A DNA stretch of 64,000 bases from a candidate division WOR-3 bacterium (GCA_027003075.1 JALWYV010000010.1:3900-67899); one strand, 5' to 3'. Shown: positions 47,968-58,329, counted from the first letter of the stretch. The notes: generated from the letters alone by a model not told the origin. Made by a program: numbers and translations.

Positions 47968-48639
47968 ATGCCGTTGTGGAAGTATCAGGTCGGCCTTAAC
48001 ATTTACCTTATGCTTCTGTTCCTCCTATCTCAACCGGTTGAGTTAGAAGGTGGCTGGTGGGCTGCCCTACCTCTGAAAAGGGACACCCTGATACTGCCGG
48101 ACAACAGCGTACCTCAGGAAAAGGACGCAAAAATCGTCATAAAGGCCTACCAGAGGTTCTGGTTCGCCTATCCTAAGCACAGGTCGTACTCAGGTGCTAC
48201 GTTAAAAGCCGGGAGAAAAAGTATAGAATCCACGGACGAGGAGACAAAAAGGAAATACGAAGCGATGGGATACAGATTTTCCCACAGGAGCCGTAATGGA
48301 GACAAGTACTACGACCTTTATTACTACCCGATACCCAAGGTTGACAGTCTCATAGTCTATGTCAGGAGCAAGGAGAAGTACTGTACTGTACGTTTTGTAC
48401 CTGAACTTCGTTCCCTTAACGACAGAGGAGAAGAGGTAGAATGGGAAGGGTGGGGAACGAGAAAGGTTCACCTAAAGGAACCCGGTAAGTGGGAGAGAGT
48501 GGCGATGTATCTTTACGACCTCGTTTATCCAAATCAATCCTTTCAGCCAATATACGGTTTTACTCTTTTCGTTACGCCTCCGTTAGGCTCAACTGACTCC
48601 TGTGCCACGTTTGAGGTAGGGCCGATATATTTGAAGTAA
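47968..48639 (+). CDS. Hypothetical secreted protein
   Basis: 223 aa with a hydrophobic N-terminus. No recognisable family. GC is slightly lower than the backbone. Confidence 0.35.
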   Translation: MPLWKYQVGLNIYLMLLFLLSQPVELEGGWWAALPLKRDTLILPDNSVPQEKDAKIVIKAYQRFWFAYPKHRSYSGATLKAGRKSIESTDEETKRKYEAMGYRFSHRSRNGDKYYDLYYYPIPKVDSLIVYVRSKEKYCTVRFVPELRSLNDRGEEVEWEGWGTRKVHLKEPGKWERVAMYLYDLVYPNQSFQPIYGFTLFVTPPLGSTDSCATFEVGPIYLK

Positions 48640-48643
48640 CTTT

Positions 48644-48862
48644 CTACTTCTCAACCTCTACCAGCTTATCCTTTCCCCTGTGTCCCCTAACTATCTTAAC
48701 CCGTGATTTCGGAACACTGAAATATTCCGCCAGAACCTCTATCAGTTCACCGTTAGCCTTTCCCTCACGGGCGGGAGACCTTACCCATACGATGAGCGTA
48801 TCCCCGCTCTCCTCAACCTTAACCTGCTTCGCCCCCGGCTTGACCTTCACCTTTACCCGCAT
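48644..48862 (-). CDS. DUF167 (YggU) family protein
   Basis: 72 aa. MRVKVKVKPGAKQVKVEE....LIVWVRSPAREGKANGELIEVLAEYFSVPKSRVKIVRG matches YggU-like proteins. Confidence 0.6.
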   Translation of the reverse strand: MRVKVKVKPGAKQVKVEESGDTLIVWVRSPAREGKANGELIEVLAEYFSVPKSRVKIVRGHRGKDKLVEVEK

Positions 48863-49683
48863 CAGTCCTTCATGCCTCCCCGTGCGTACACTTCGGTTAT
48901 CTGCCTCTGGAAGATGGCGAATACTATAAGTGCGGGTAGGGCGCTCAGAAAGGAGGCCGCCATAAGGGCGGGGTAGTTGGAGACCTCACCCTGTGAGAAG
49001 TAGGCCACGGCCAGCTGTATGGGCCTGAGGTTCTTGTTTGAGACCACGAGGAGAGGCCACAGGAAGGAGTTCCACGTGTAGACGGCGCTGAAGACTATAA
49101 CGGTTATGAGTACGGGCTTTATTATCGGAACGGCCACCTTTAAAAGGAACGTCAGGTCGTTCCCTCCGTCCACGTATATGGCGTCCCGTAGTTCTCTGGG
49201 TATACTGCGGAAAGCCTGCCTCAGGAGGAAGATGGAATATATGTTCGCCATCCACGGAACGACAAGACCCGCGAACGTATCCACCATTCCGAGTTTCTGT
49301 ACCACGATGAACAGCTGAAGTATGAATACGGGCATGGGTATGGACGCCATCACCAAGAGGAAGGAGAAGAGGATCTCCCGACCCTTAAAGTCTATCCACG
49401 AGAAGGCGTAGGCGGCCAGTGTGGAGGTTATCACCTCGCCGCTCACGATGAAGAGGATCATACCGAGGGTGACGAGTACGCTAACGCCTAAGTTGAGTTT
49501 GGTGAAGACGAGCCGGTAGGCCTCAAAGGTTATCTCCTTCGGCCACAGGGTAGGGGGGAAGAGTATGGCTTCGGCCTGAGTCTTGAGGGAGGTTATGAAC
49601 ATCCAGTAAAAGGGGAAGAACGTAAAGAGCAGGAGCAGTATTACGCCGCCCCCTATAACCAAGGCTCTGACGTACTTACCCAC
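48862..49683 (-). CDS. Binding-protein-dependent ABC transporter permease, MalG/CUT1-like
   Basis: 273 aa. N-terminal FFPFYWMFITSLKT and the EAA-type loop LRDAIYVDGGNDLTFLLKVAVPIIKP. Confidence 0.65.
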   Translation of the reverse strand: MGKYVRALVIGGGVILLLLFTFFPFYWMFITSLKTQAEAILFPPTLWPKEITFEAYRLVFTKLNLGVSVLVTLGMILFIVSGEVITSTLAAYAFSWIDFKGREILFSFLLVMASIPMPVFILQLFIVVQKLGMVDTFAGLVVPWMANIYSIFLLRQAFRSIPRELRDAIYVDGGNDLTFLLKVAVPIIKPVLITVIVFSAVYTWNSFLWPLLVVSNKNLRPIQLAVAYFSQGEVSNYPALMAASFLSALPALIVFAIFQRQITEVYARGGMKD

Positions 49684-50434
49684 CGAAGACCTCCCCGTAT
49701 ATGCCCTTGACGGCGTTGGGGTCGGAAGTTTCCTTCACTATCTTCCCGTCCTTGAGGAACACGAAGCGGGTCGCAAACCCCGCCAGCTCGTCTATCTGGT
49801 GGGAGGTGAAGAGGAACGTCCTATCCGCTCTCCTCTCCATCATCTTTATCACCTTTTCCCGAAGGAGGAAGTCAAGGGCGGATAACGGTTCGTCCACGAG
49901 GTAAAGGGGTACGTCCTTTGCCATACCCAGGGCCACCCTCACCAGCATCCTCTGCCCCTTGGAGAGGCTCCCGTACTTCACGTTTTCCGGAAGGGCTATC
50001 AGGCTCAGGAATTCACGGTAGTAGTCCAGATCAAACGGCCAGAAACGGGCGGAGAAGTTTCCGAGGTATCCGAGCGAGAACCCCTCGTAAAGGTTGTCGT
50101 TCTCACTGACGTAGGATATTACGCTTCGGCTTTGAGGCGATGGAACCCTGTACCCCATAACGGTTATCTCGCCGGACTGGAAAGGCTCAACGTTGGCTAT
50201 GACCTTCAGCAGGGTACTCTTACCGTACCCGTTGGGAGCCAGCAAAAACACCCTCTCACCTTCGCCCACCTCCAGATCAAGTCCCTTCAACACGGGCCTG
50301 CGTCCGTAGGTCTTATAAAGTCCCTTTACGTGGAGCAAGAAGGTTATTATAGGGGTGGTCGCCGTGCGGTACTTTAGCAACCACCGTGCTACCCACGATC
50401 CTTCAAATAACAAACGATTTGTAAATTCTAACAC
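49676..50434 (-). CDS. ABC transporter ATP-binding protein (small, ABC-2-like)
   Basis: Walker A APNGYGKST, signature-like LSKGQRMLVRVALG, Walker B LYLVDEPLSALD. The true start is probably internal, near LLHVKGLYKTYG. Confidence 0.7.
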   Translation of the reverse strand: MLEFTNRLLFEGSWVARWLLKYRTATTPIITFLLHVKGLYKTYGRRPVLKGLDLEVGEGERVFLLAPNGYGKSTLLKVIANVEPFQSGEITVMGYRVPSPQSRSVISYVSENDNLYEGFSLGYLGNFSARFWPFDLDYYREFLSLIALPENVKYGSLSKGQRMLVRVALGMAKDVPLYLVDEPLSALDFLLREKVIKMMERRADRTFLFTSHQIDELAGFATRFVFLKDGKIVKETSDPNAVKGIYGEVFGG

Positions 50435-50454
50435 ATCACCTTTAACATCCGGCT

Positions 50455-51105
50455 ATGCGGAGGATACCCTTTGCAATACTGTCGTTCGGCGGACTTTCCT
50501 GCCTTAGTATGCCCGCCCAGTACGATACGGCGAGCGCTCCGGATGGAGGTAAGGCCGTAGCAGGCGTAAGCGTCGTAGCCATGGGTGGGACCTACGAGGT
50601 CCCCACGGACGACGTGGGGCTTTCCGACCCCCAACCCTACACCCTCGGGGGTCTCAGGGGGGACTTTCAGGCCGGATACGGTTTCGCCAGGGCCGTTGAG
50701 ATCGGATTTCAGAGCGGACTCTTTGCGGGCGTATTCTCATCCGACGGAGACTCCCCGTCTTACACCTCCACGTTTCAGGGAGACCTCTACCCCTACGGCA
50801 AATTCGCCCTCTCTTCGGGAAACCTCCATTTTGCCCTTAAACTCGCTGCGGGTGGGGGACTCGTTTACATGTCGGGGGACGCTATACCCTTTCCCATCCT
50901 CGGAGTCTACTCCGACCTGTTGGTGGGCATGGGGGATCCCGAAAAGTTCACCTTCGGTATAAGGGCATCCACACACCAGCCGCACCTATCCCTTCTGTTT
51001 GCCTTCAGGGTATCGGGGCTGATCTTCGGATCAACGGCAGGTTTCGTTCCCATGAGAGGAAGCTACCGGGCCGGTCTCTACATAGGTGTTGCGAAGGCCC
51101 TGTAA
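50455..51105 (+). CDS. Hypothetical outer-membrane beta-barrel protein
   Basis: Signal peptide. Gly/aromatic-rich alternating pattern. 216 aa. Confidence 0.35.
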   Translation: MRRIPFAILSFGGLSCLSMPAQYDTASAPDGGKAVAGVSVVAMGGTYEVPTDDVGLSDPQPYTLGGLRGDFQAGYGFARAVEIGFQSGLFAGVFSSDGDSPSYTSTFQGDLYPYGKFALSSGNLHFALKLAAGGGLVYMSGDAIPFPILGVYSDLLVGMGDPEKFTFGIRASTHQPHLSLLFAFRVSGLIFGSTAGFVPMRGSYRAGLYIGVAKAL

Positions 51106-51138
51106 TCGTACGTACGTCCCACCGTAAAATTCGGTGTC

Positions 51139-51879
51139 ATGTTGATATTCCTTACGGCGGGCTACTTCAAGCACCCCGAAACGGTACTGTGGGTTGAGGA
51201 CAGGATGTTCGTGAGCGATATCGGTGAGTTCGGCAAACGGGACGGGAAGGTGTACGTGAAGAGGGGAAGGAGGTGGAGCGTATGGGCGTCCTATCTGAAG
51301 GATCCGAAGGGGATGGCCTTCTGCCGTGGGGTCCTGTACGTCGCCGACGTGGACCGGATATGGGCGGTGAAGGACAGGTCGGCCGTCTTCATGGTGGTGG
51401 GTCCGAAGGACTTCAAGGCCGAATTCCTGAACGGAATGGCATGCGGGATAGGGGGGAAGGTCCTGACCAGCGACACCTTCGGGGACGCCGTCTACGAGGT
51501 GGATCCGGTGAAGAAGACCGTTAAAAAGCTCCTGACGGTTGAGAAACCCAACGGTCTGGCCGTGGATCCGCGGGGCAACCTCTACATAATCACCTTCACG
51601 AAGCCGGGGAGGATACTCAGATGGAACGGCCAAAATCTGGACACCGTTCTCGTCTCCCACGACATAGACGGGGGCGATGGCCTGATATACGCTGAGGAAG
51701 AAGACGTACTCCTCGCATCCGGATACGAGTCCGGGAAAGTCCTTAAGGTGAACCTGAACGGCACGTACTCCGTCGTTGCAAAGGGACTGCGGACCCCGGC
51801 GGGTATAGGGTTTGACGGCCGGCACGTTTACGTACCTCTGCTTGAGGCCGGCGATATAAAGAAGTTCAAAGTGTTCTGA
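51139..51879 (+). CDS. SMP-30/gluconolactonase/LRE-like beta-propeller protein
   Basis: 246 aa. Repeated ...GMAFCRGVLYVADV..., ...PNGLAVDPRGNLYIITF... and ...PAGIGFDGRHVYVP... blades. Confidence 0.5.
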   Translation: MLIFLTAGYFKHPETVLWVEDRMFVSDIGEFGKRDGKVYVKRGRRWSVWASYLKDPKGMAFCRGVLYVADVDRIWAVKDRSAVFMVVGPKDFKAEFLNGMACGIGGKVLTSDTFGDAVYEVDPVKKTVKKLLTVEKPNGLAVDPRGNLYIITFTKPGRILRWNGQNLDTVLVSHDIDGGDGLIYAEEEDVLLASGYESGKVLKVNLNGTYSVVAKGLRTPAGIGFDGRHVYVPLLEAGDIKKFKVF

Positions 51880-51903
51880 CAGTACGACCGTAGAATCGGA
51901 GGG

Positions 51904-52365
51904 ATGTTTCTCCTTCCCCTGCTCGCGGCGGATACTCTGAATGCGGATACGGTTGATACCCTTATAAGACGTGATACCTTCATAAAGTCCCCCACTGTAG
52001 CCGCCGTAAGGTCGGCCATTCTCCCCGGCTGGGGGCAGTTTTACAACGGGGCCTACGTCAAGGGACTGATACTCGGGGGTCTGACCCTGGCCGCTACCGG
52101 ACATACAGTCTATCGGTACATCCTTATGCGCAGGGAAGGGGGGTACTCCTACGCCCTGACGACGGGTTTTCTCAGCGCCCTGATTTTGAACGTCGTGGTG
52201 TGGGGTTACACCGTAGCAGACGCCTTCGTGGACGCCTACCTTTACGGTTTTGAAGAGTACAGGGATACCCTGATGAAGGATCTGGACACGTCCAGGCCGC
52301 CCCCATCACCTCAGGAGCCTGCGGATAAGGAGAACGAGGATAACGAAGGATCCGATAGCCACTAA
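51904..52365 (+). CDS. Small membrane protein with a PGWGQFYNG motif (DUF5683-like)
   Basis: 153 aa. LPGWGQFYNGAYVKGLILGGL followed by two TM helices and an acidic C-terminal tail. Confidence 0.35.
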   Translation: MFLLPLLAADTLNADTVDTLIRRDTFIKSPTVAAVRSAILPGWGQFYNGAYVKGLILGGLTLAATGHTVYRYILMRREGGYSYALTTGFLSALILNVVVWGYTVADAFVDAYLYGFEEYRDTLMKDLDTSRPPPSPQEPADKENEDNEGSDSH

Positions 52366-53553
52366 GTTTATGTTCAGGGCGTTGGCAAAGCCGACGTAGG
52401 AGGCGAGGATGTCGTTCCATCTGCCCAATATCAGAACGGTGGACGTGAAGGTAAGGGCGTTGACTATATCCTTGAGTATGACCACCCTTCCGAGGTAGTC
52501 GGCCGTTGAGTACTTCTGAAAGATGGAGTCAAGGGCTATAAAGCCTATGGACGTGAACACCCCTCCCGCTGCGGCGATAGGGAGCAGGAGCCATAGGTTT
52601 GTGGTGAGGGCGAGGCCGAATAGGGAGAGGGCGAGAAAGAAGATACTGTTCCACAGGTGTTTGTACTCTCTGGAGGGTAATACCCTGCCTGCAAGATAGG
52701 ACCCGAGGAAGAGACCGAGACCGTAGATACCACCGGCCACGCCCAACTGGGAGGTAGAAGTATGCCCTATCTTCTGGAGTTTCACTATGCCGAGGATGTA
52801 GGTGGCACCACCCACGAGAGATATGAGAGCGGCCGCCATCAGGGAGTGGAGCAATATCTTCCGCTGCCTGACGAAGTTTATGGCCTCCTTTATGGCAGCG
52901 ATGTAGTGTATCTTTGCCCTGTTCCCCGTAGGTTTAATGTACTCACCTGAGACGGCGAGGAATATGAGGAGGAAGGCCGATGCGAAGAAGGTAAGAGAGT
53001 CAACCGTAAGGCCCACCTCCCATCCCTCGTATCCGAATCCTTTCCAGAGATGCTCGTCCGATATTATCCCGCCGAAGAGTATTCCAAGGCCCGTTGCTAT
53101 CCTCCCCCAGAAGCTCATCAGTCCGTTTATGACGGCTATCCTATCCCGGCTGCCCGCGACGTGGACCACGACGCCGTTCTTGGCGGAGTTGAAGAGTACC
53201 GTAAACGTAAAAACGGCAAAGACCGAGGCGTAGACCACGACCATCTTCCCCGTACTCTTGAAGAGAAAGGGGATGGAGAGTACTATGAGGCCCCTCATTA
53301 CGTCGGCGAAAGCCATGAGGTACTTCCGGTTGAAACGGTCGGATATGGCGCCAGCGATGGGGCCGAAGACGGCAACGGGTATAACCGTCCAGAAGGCCAG
53401 AAATCCGTACTCCGTGGATCCCGTGGCGTGGAGACCCAGAAGGCCGAGTATGGCCATGTTGTTTATACGATCCCCCAGCTGGGATATGGCCTGCGAAAAC
53501 GTCAGTATCGCGACGTTCCTGTCCTTCAGAAGTTTAACTTCCTGTATGGGCAA
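52306..53553 (-). CDS. Major facilitator superfamily transporter
   Basis: 415 aa with 12 TM segments and the MFS motif region GAISDRFNRKYLM. Confidence 0.75.
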   Translation of the reverse strand: MPIQEVKLLKDRNVAILTFSQAISQLGDRINNMAILGLLGLHATGSTEYGFLAFWTVIPVAVFGPIAGAISDRFNRKYLMAFADVMRGLIVLSIPFLFKSTGKMVVVYASVFAVFTFTVLFNSAKNGVVVHVAGSRDRIAVINGLMSFWGRIATGLGILFGGIISDEHLWKGFGYEGWEVGLTVDSLTFFASAFLLIFLAVSGEYIKPTGNRAKIHYIAAIKEAINFVRQRKILLHSLMAAALISLVGGATYILGIVKLQKIGHTSTSQLGVAGGIYGLGLFLGSYLAGRVLPSREYKHLWNSIFFLALSLFGLALTTNLWLLLPIAAAGGVFTSIGFIALDSIFQKYSTADYLGRVVILKDIVNALTFTSTVLILGRWNDILASYVGFANALNINLVAIGSFVILVLLIRRLLR

Positions 53554-53598
53554 GGGATGGGGATTCTACGGCAGGAATCTGCCCTAAAATTCCGGGCG

Positions 53599-55386
53599 AT
53601 GTTCCTGCTTTTGTTGGCCTATACTCACGACTTTTACATGGTACCCATGCGGGATGGCGCGAGGTTGGCGACGGACGTTTACAAGCCCACGATATACTTC
53701 GGGGAACTGCACACCATCCTCGTAAGGACACCGTACGAACGTACGGCCGTGGGTTTGAACGCCTTCATACCCTACATAACCGACGTTAGGGGGTACGCCC
53801 TCGTGATACAGAGCGTGCGGGGGTTTCAGGGTAGCGAAGGGGATCCGCAGGTGTTCCGCACGGACGCGTGGGGGGAGCTTCAGGACGGGTACGATGCCGT
53901 GGAGTGGATAATATCTCAGGACTGGTCCAGCGGTAAGGTGTGCGGGTCCTGGTTCTCCGCCATGGGAATAACCCAGTACCTCCTTGCCGGTACGTACCAC
54001 CCGGCCTACAAGTGCGCCGTCCCCCTTGTGGGTGCAGCGGACGTCTATCACTACGCCGCCTTTCAGGGTGGGGAGTTCAGGAAGAACCTTGTTGAGGGCT
54101 GGCTTACCGGCCTCGGAACCCCCTTCCTCATAGACTCCGTGACTTCTCACCCTCTCTACGATAGCACGTGGTACATCCTTGACCTCAACCGGAGGGTGTC
54201 CGGCGTCAACGTCCCCATGCTCCACTTCGCCGGCTGGTTTGACCTCTTCCTTGAGAGCCAGATTGAGATATGGAACAAACTCCAGTTTCAGGGTGGTCCC
54301 CTGGCGAGGGGAAACCAGAAGTTGATAATCGGCCCGTGGACCCACCTTGCCTTCGGGCAGACGGATCAGGGGGACATATCCTTTCCATCCAACGCCTCCC
54401 TCCCCGTCACGGATCTGGTGGATATGATAGCCGACTGGTACGACTACTGGCTTGACGGGGAGGATAACGGAGTTATGGACTGGCCTCCGGTGAAGTTCTA
54501 CATCATGGGGATGAACGAGTGGGCTACGGCCGATACCTTCCCGCCGCGGGGCGTCTTCTACCGCCGCTGGTACCTCCACGGGGATGGCACCCTCAGGCTC
54601 TACCGCCCCTCCGCCCCGGACAGCTTCTCCACGTACGTTTACGATCCCAACGACCCCACCCCCTCCATCGGAGGGAACGAGATGGACCTGCCCGGTGGGG
54701 ATGGGCCAAAGGATCAAAGACCTCTACTCTCCCGGAGCGACGTTCTCGTCTTCCAGACGGACCCCTTACCGGATACCCTCATCGTGATAGGGAGCATAAG
54801 GGCCAAACTCTACGTGGAGAGCGACAGGTACGATACGGACTTCGTCGTCAGGATAGCGGACGTTTACCCCGACGGTACGGCCATGTTGGTGGCCGACGGT
54901 ATCATAAAGGCCCGCCACAGGTACGGCTTTGACAGGGAGGTCCTCCTGACACCGGGGCAGATAGACTCGGTTGAGGTGAAAGTATGGAGTACGGCCTGGG
55001 CCTTCCTTCCGGGGCATCGCCTGATGGCTATAATCTCATCGGCCAGCTATCCACGCTTTGAGGCCAACCCCAACAACGGAGGCCCCTTCGTCCGGGACGA
55101 CACCCTCCGCCTCGTGGCCACCAACCGTATATACCATTCCCCGGTCTATTCCTCCTACCTCGCGATACCCATGCTTCCCTCTACGGGTATTCAGGAGTAC
55201 GTGGACCTTCCGGGGGTGCCGGACTATACACTTAAAGGGAACAGGATATGCACCGACGTGCGAGCGGAGGTGTACGACCTCTCCGGGAGGCTAAGGTTCG
55301 CAGGAAAGGGCTGCTCCGGAAGGCTACCCACGGGCGTGTACTTCGTGAGACTACGCAACGAGACCCACAGGGTTATAGTCCGGTAG
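53599..55386 (+). CDS. CocE/NonD-family (S15 X-Pro dipeptidyl-peptidase-like) hydrolase with a T9SS C-terminal sorting domain
   Basis: Start reassigned to an internal ATG at 53599, so the frame continues MFLLLLAYTHDFYMVPMRDGARLATDVYKP.... The 5' part of the track ORF overlaps the MFS gene in antisense. Alpha/beta-hydrolase domain plus C-terminal beta-sandwich. Terminal ...RAEVYDLSGRLRFAGKGCSGRLPTGVYFVRLRNETHRVIVR. No convincing signal peptide was found, so the start is uncertain. Confidence 0.65.
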   Translation: MFLLLLAYTHDFYMVPMRDGARLATDVYKPTIYFGELHTILVRTPYERTAVGLNAFIPYITDVRGYALVIQSVRGFQGSEGDPQVFRTDAWGELQDGYDAVEWIISQDWSSGKVCGSWFSAMGITQYLLAGTYHPAYKCAVPLVGAADVYHYAAFQGGEFRKNLVEGWLTGLGTPFLIDSVTSHPLYDSTWYILDLNRRVSGVNVPMLHFAGWFDLFLESQIEIWNKLQFQGGPLARGNQKLIIGPWTHLAFGQTDQGDISFPSNASLPVTDLVDMIADWYDYWLDGEDNGVMDWPPVKFYIMGMNEWATADTFPPRGVFYRRWYLHGDGTLRLYRPSAPDSFSTYVYDPNDPTPSIGGNEMDLPGGDGPKDQRPLLSRSDVLVFQTDPLPDTLIVIGSIRAKLYVESDRYDTDFVVRIADVYPDGTAMLVADGIIKARHRYGFDREVLLTPGQIDSVEVKVWSTAWAFLPGHRLMAIISSASYPRFEANPNNGGPFVRDDTLRLVATNRIYHSPVYSSYLAIPMLPSTGIQEYVDLPGVPDYTLKGNRICTDVRAEVYDLSGRLRFAGKGCSGRLPTGVYFVRLRNETHRVIVR

Positions 55387-55391
55387 CGTCC

Positions 55392-56750
55392 TCAGAACTT
55401 CGTCGCCGATGCGAAGTTGAACCCCTCCACCTTCAGGGTAGGCAGGATCTCTCCGTAGACCTTGAAGGACCCGTACCACGTCGGTTCGCTCACGAGTTCG
55501 CTCTCACGGGAGACGCCAGAGACGGAGGAGAAGACGTCCAACAGGCTGACGTTGAACCGCATGTTCTTCATGCTGCCCACGATCTTTCCGTCCTCTATGA
55601 CGAAGAGGCCGTCCCTCGTCATTCCGGTTATGGTCAGGCTCCGCGGGTCAACCACGTTTGAGTACCAGAATCGGGTAACGAGCAGGCCCCTGTCCACGGA
55701 GGAGATGAGGTCTTCGTAATCGGTATCCCCCTCGGCGATGTGCAGGTTTACGAACATGGGGAAACTGTGGAAGGGACTCACGGCGCAGGCGTTCGTCTCC
55801 CTGCCGTCCTTCTTCGCAGTTACAGTGTCGTAGGCGAAGTCCCGGAGTACCCCCTTCTCCACCACGGTTATGAGGCCCCTCCGTCGCCCCTCCATGTCAA
55901 AGGGCGTCACGTAACCTCTGGGGTTAAGGGGGTCTTCGTAGAGGGTGAAGTTCTCCGAGAAGACCTTTTCTCCGATCTTCCCGGCCAGCGGTGACCTCCC
56001 CTCCTGAACGGACCGGGCGGACAGGCCTATCCAGTTGAGGAAGCTGAGCAGTTCCCCCACGGCCAGAGGCTCCAGTATGACCGTCCACTTTCCGGGTTCG
56101 GCGTCAACAGGATTTAAAACCAGAGGCGCCCTCTTACCGGCCCTTTCAAATGCGGCGTCGGGGTTGAGGTCCCTGAAGGTGCGGGCGGACTGCTGGACGA
56201 GGTAGCCGAAGGTTAGATCGTGGATGGGGTTGTACTTCAGGTGGGCTGCGGTCGTCCCCCTGTACCCGACGAAGCCCTCGGAGGTCATCAGGACGGTTTC
56301 GGAGGACCCACCGGAGACCACGCCGAAGGCCTCAAAGGGGGAGGGGGTCTCCTTTATGAGTCTGGCGGCCGTGGAAACCACCTCCGAAGGATCAACCTCC
56401 GCCGTAAGTTCATCAAAGGAGTCGCTGGAGGTCTCTATCTTCCCGGCGGGGGCGACCTCAGTAAGTTCCGGGTTTTCCGGCGAGATCCTGGCCAGTTCCT
56501 CGGCCCTCCGGACCATGCCGACGATGTCTTTGGGGTCGTTTATGGCGTTCGTGCTTACGGTTGCCGCCCTGTTTCCGAAGCGTACGTGGATGGTGAGGGA
56601 TATGTCGTGTACCTCAGTGTTCTGGTGGATTACGGAGTTGGCGAACCTCACCAGCCTTGACCTTTCACCGTGTACCAGTACGACCGTGCTGTCGGCCCTG
56701 GATACGCGCAGAACGTACTCACCTATTTCGTACAGCTTATCTTTGAGCAT
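55392..56750 (-). CDS. TldD/PmbA-family metalloprotease
   Basis: 452 aa with overall TldD/PmbA pattern (...GMTRDGLFVIEDGKIVGSMKNMRFN...). Confidence 0.7.
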   Translation of the reverse strand: MLKDKLYEIGEYVLRVSRADSTVVLVHGERSRLVRFANSVIHQNTEVHDISLTIHVRFGNRAATVSTNAINDPKDIVGMVRRAEELARISPENPELTEVAPAGKIETSSDSFDELTAEVDPSEVVSTAARLIKETPSPFEAFGVVSGGSSETVLMTSEGFVGYRGTTAAHLKYNPIHDLTFGYLVQQSARTFRDLNPDAAFERAGKRAPLVLNPVDAEPGKWTVILEPLAVGELLSFLNWIGLSARSVQEGRSPLAGKIGEKVFSENFTLYEDPLNPRGYVTPFDMEGRRRGLITVVEKGVLRDFAYDTVTAKKDGRETNACAVSPFHSFPMFVNLHIAEGDTDYEDLISSVDRGLLVTRFWYSNVVDPRSLTITGMTRDGLFVIEDGKIVGSMKNMRFNVSLLDVFSSVSGVSRESELVSEPTWYGSFKVYGEILPTLKVEGFNFASATKF

Positions 56751-56794
56751 GGAGAGGATTCTACCGCAGAAAACCTCCCGCTTTCTTTGAGGGG

Positions 56795-57337
56795 CTACCT
56801 CCCGAAGCCGTAGGGTTCTCCGAACCTGCCCTTAAACACGATCTCGTTTAGGGGTTTTTTCTCCTTCTCCCTCTTCGGTTCGTCCGGCTTCCCACAGGCG
56901 AAGGCGACCACCGGCTCGTAACCTTCGGGTATACCGAACACCTCCCTCGCCCTATCGGGGTAGAAACCCCCAATAGCCCTGCAGGATAGCCCCAGCTCAA
57001 CGGCCTGAAGGAACAGGGACATCAGGGACATGCCGCAGTCGTTCCTGTAGTCCCTGTAGGGTCTTCCGTCCGGGTACTTCGTACTTCCAACGAGCAGACC
57101 GAGAAGGGGGGCGTCCTTAGCCCATTCGGCGTTGCCGGGTACGAGTATGCCAAGGAGTTTTTTGTGGGTGTCGTCAAAGTTGACGCCTATTATGTACCTC
57201 CAGGGCTGCGTGTTGTAGGACGACGGCGCCCTGCGGGCCGCGTCCATGAGGAGGAAGAGTTCCTCATCGGTCAACAACCTTTTCGGGTCGTACTTTCTGG
57301 CGCTCCAGCGCTGTAGTATGGCCTCCCTTACGCTCAT
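56795..57337 (-). CDS. Nitroreductase-family oxidoreductase
   Basis: 180 aa. ...[13 protein letters not shown]...[14 protein letters not shown].... Confidence 0.8.
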   Translation of the reverse strand: MSVREAILQRWSARKYDPKRLLTDEELFLLMDAARRAPSSYNTQPWRYIIGVNFDDTHKKLLGILVPGNAEWAKDAPLLGLLVGSTKYPDGRPYRDYRNDCGMSLMSLFLQAVELGLSCRAIGGFYPDRAREVFGIPEGYEPVVAFACGKPDEPKREKEKKPLNEIVFKGRFGEPYGFGR

Positions 57338-57358
57338 GCCGGGATTCTAATCTGGAAC

Positions 57359-58264
57359 GTGTTTTCTCCCTTAGACTTCCCTCCCGTGGGAATGCGCAGG
57401 GTTTACGAGTTCCTGTTTCATGCCGTTCTGTTTCTATCTGCGTCCGTAACCATCCTTACCACCGTGGGTATAGTTGCCATCCTGCTCTACCAGAGCGCCC
57501 TTTTCTTCAGAGAGGTCTCCATCGTTGAGTTCCTCACGGATACCCAGTGGACGCCCCTGTTTACGGAGAAGCACTTCGGCATCCTCCCCCTCCTTGCCGG
57601 CACCTTTCTGACCTCGTCCATAGCCATGCTCGTGGCCATACCCGTGGGTCTGCTCATAGCCGTATTCCTGAGCGAGTACGCCTCCTCACGGGTCCGTTCC
57701 TTCGTCAAGCCCACACTTGAGATCCTCACGGCCATTCCTACCGTGGTTTACGGGTACTTCGCCCTCCTGTTCGTCACGCCCCTACTGAAGAAGGTAATAC
57801 CCAACATATCCGGTTTCAACGCCCTTTCTCCGGGCATAGTTATGGGGATAATGATCCTTCCGATAGTGACCTCCCTCAGCGAGGACGCCCTGAGGGCTGT
57901 GCCGAGGAGTCTCAGGGAGGCAGCCTACGCGCTCGGCGCGGATCGGTTCACCACGGCCGTAAAGGTAGTTATACCCTCCGCCCTATCCGGCATCGTGGCG
58001 GCGTTCATTCTCGGTATATCCAGAGCCATAGGGGAGACCATGATCGTGACCATAGCAGCCGGTCAGAGGCCTGTCCTTACCCTAAACCCCCTCGTCCCCA
58101 TAGAGACCATGACGGCCTACATAGTTCAGGTGAGCCTCGGAGACGTCCCCACGGGTACGGTGGAGTACCATACCATATTCGCCGTGGGCCTCGCTCTGTT
58201 CGTAATTACCCTCGTTTTTAACATAGTCAGCTACCTTCTCAAAAGGCGTATGTGGGAGAGGTGA
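57359..58264 (+). CDS. pstC: Phosphate ABC transporter permease (PstC-type; PstA not excluded)
   Basis: 301 aa with 6 TM segments. [31 protein letters not shown] and EAA loop [12 protein letters not shown]. Not followed by pstA or pstB. Confidence 0.7.
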   Translation: MFSPLDFPPVGMRRVYEFLFHAVLFLSASVTILTTVGIVAILLYQSALFFREVSIVEFLTDTQWTPLFTEKHFGILPLLAGTFLTSSIAMLVAIPVGLLIAVFLSEYASSRVRSFVKPTLEILTAIPTVVYGYFALLFVTPLLKKVIPNISGFNALSPGIVMGIMILPIVTSLSEDALRAVPRSLREAAYALGADRFTTAVKVVIPSALSGIVAAFILGISRAIGETMIVTIAAGQRPVLTLNPLVPIETMTAYIVQVSLGDVPTGTVEYHTIFAVGLALFVITLVFNIVSYLLKRRMWER

Positions 58265-58329
58265 TATAATTCTGCCATAAAATTCAATCGTGGGCGTATT
58301 TATCCGTTACCCGTAACAAGGAGGTAGGT

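Noticed and set aside
53584-54717. 377-aa minus-strand ORF inside the CocE/NonD hydrolase gene, and the 5' 183 codons of the listed 53050..55386 ORF
   Set aside because: The antisense ORF is an artefact. The upstream part of the long plus ORF overlaps the MFS transporter gene in antisense and is not protein-like, so the start was moved to 53599.
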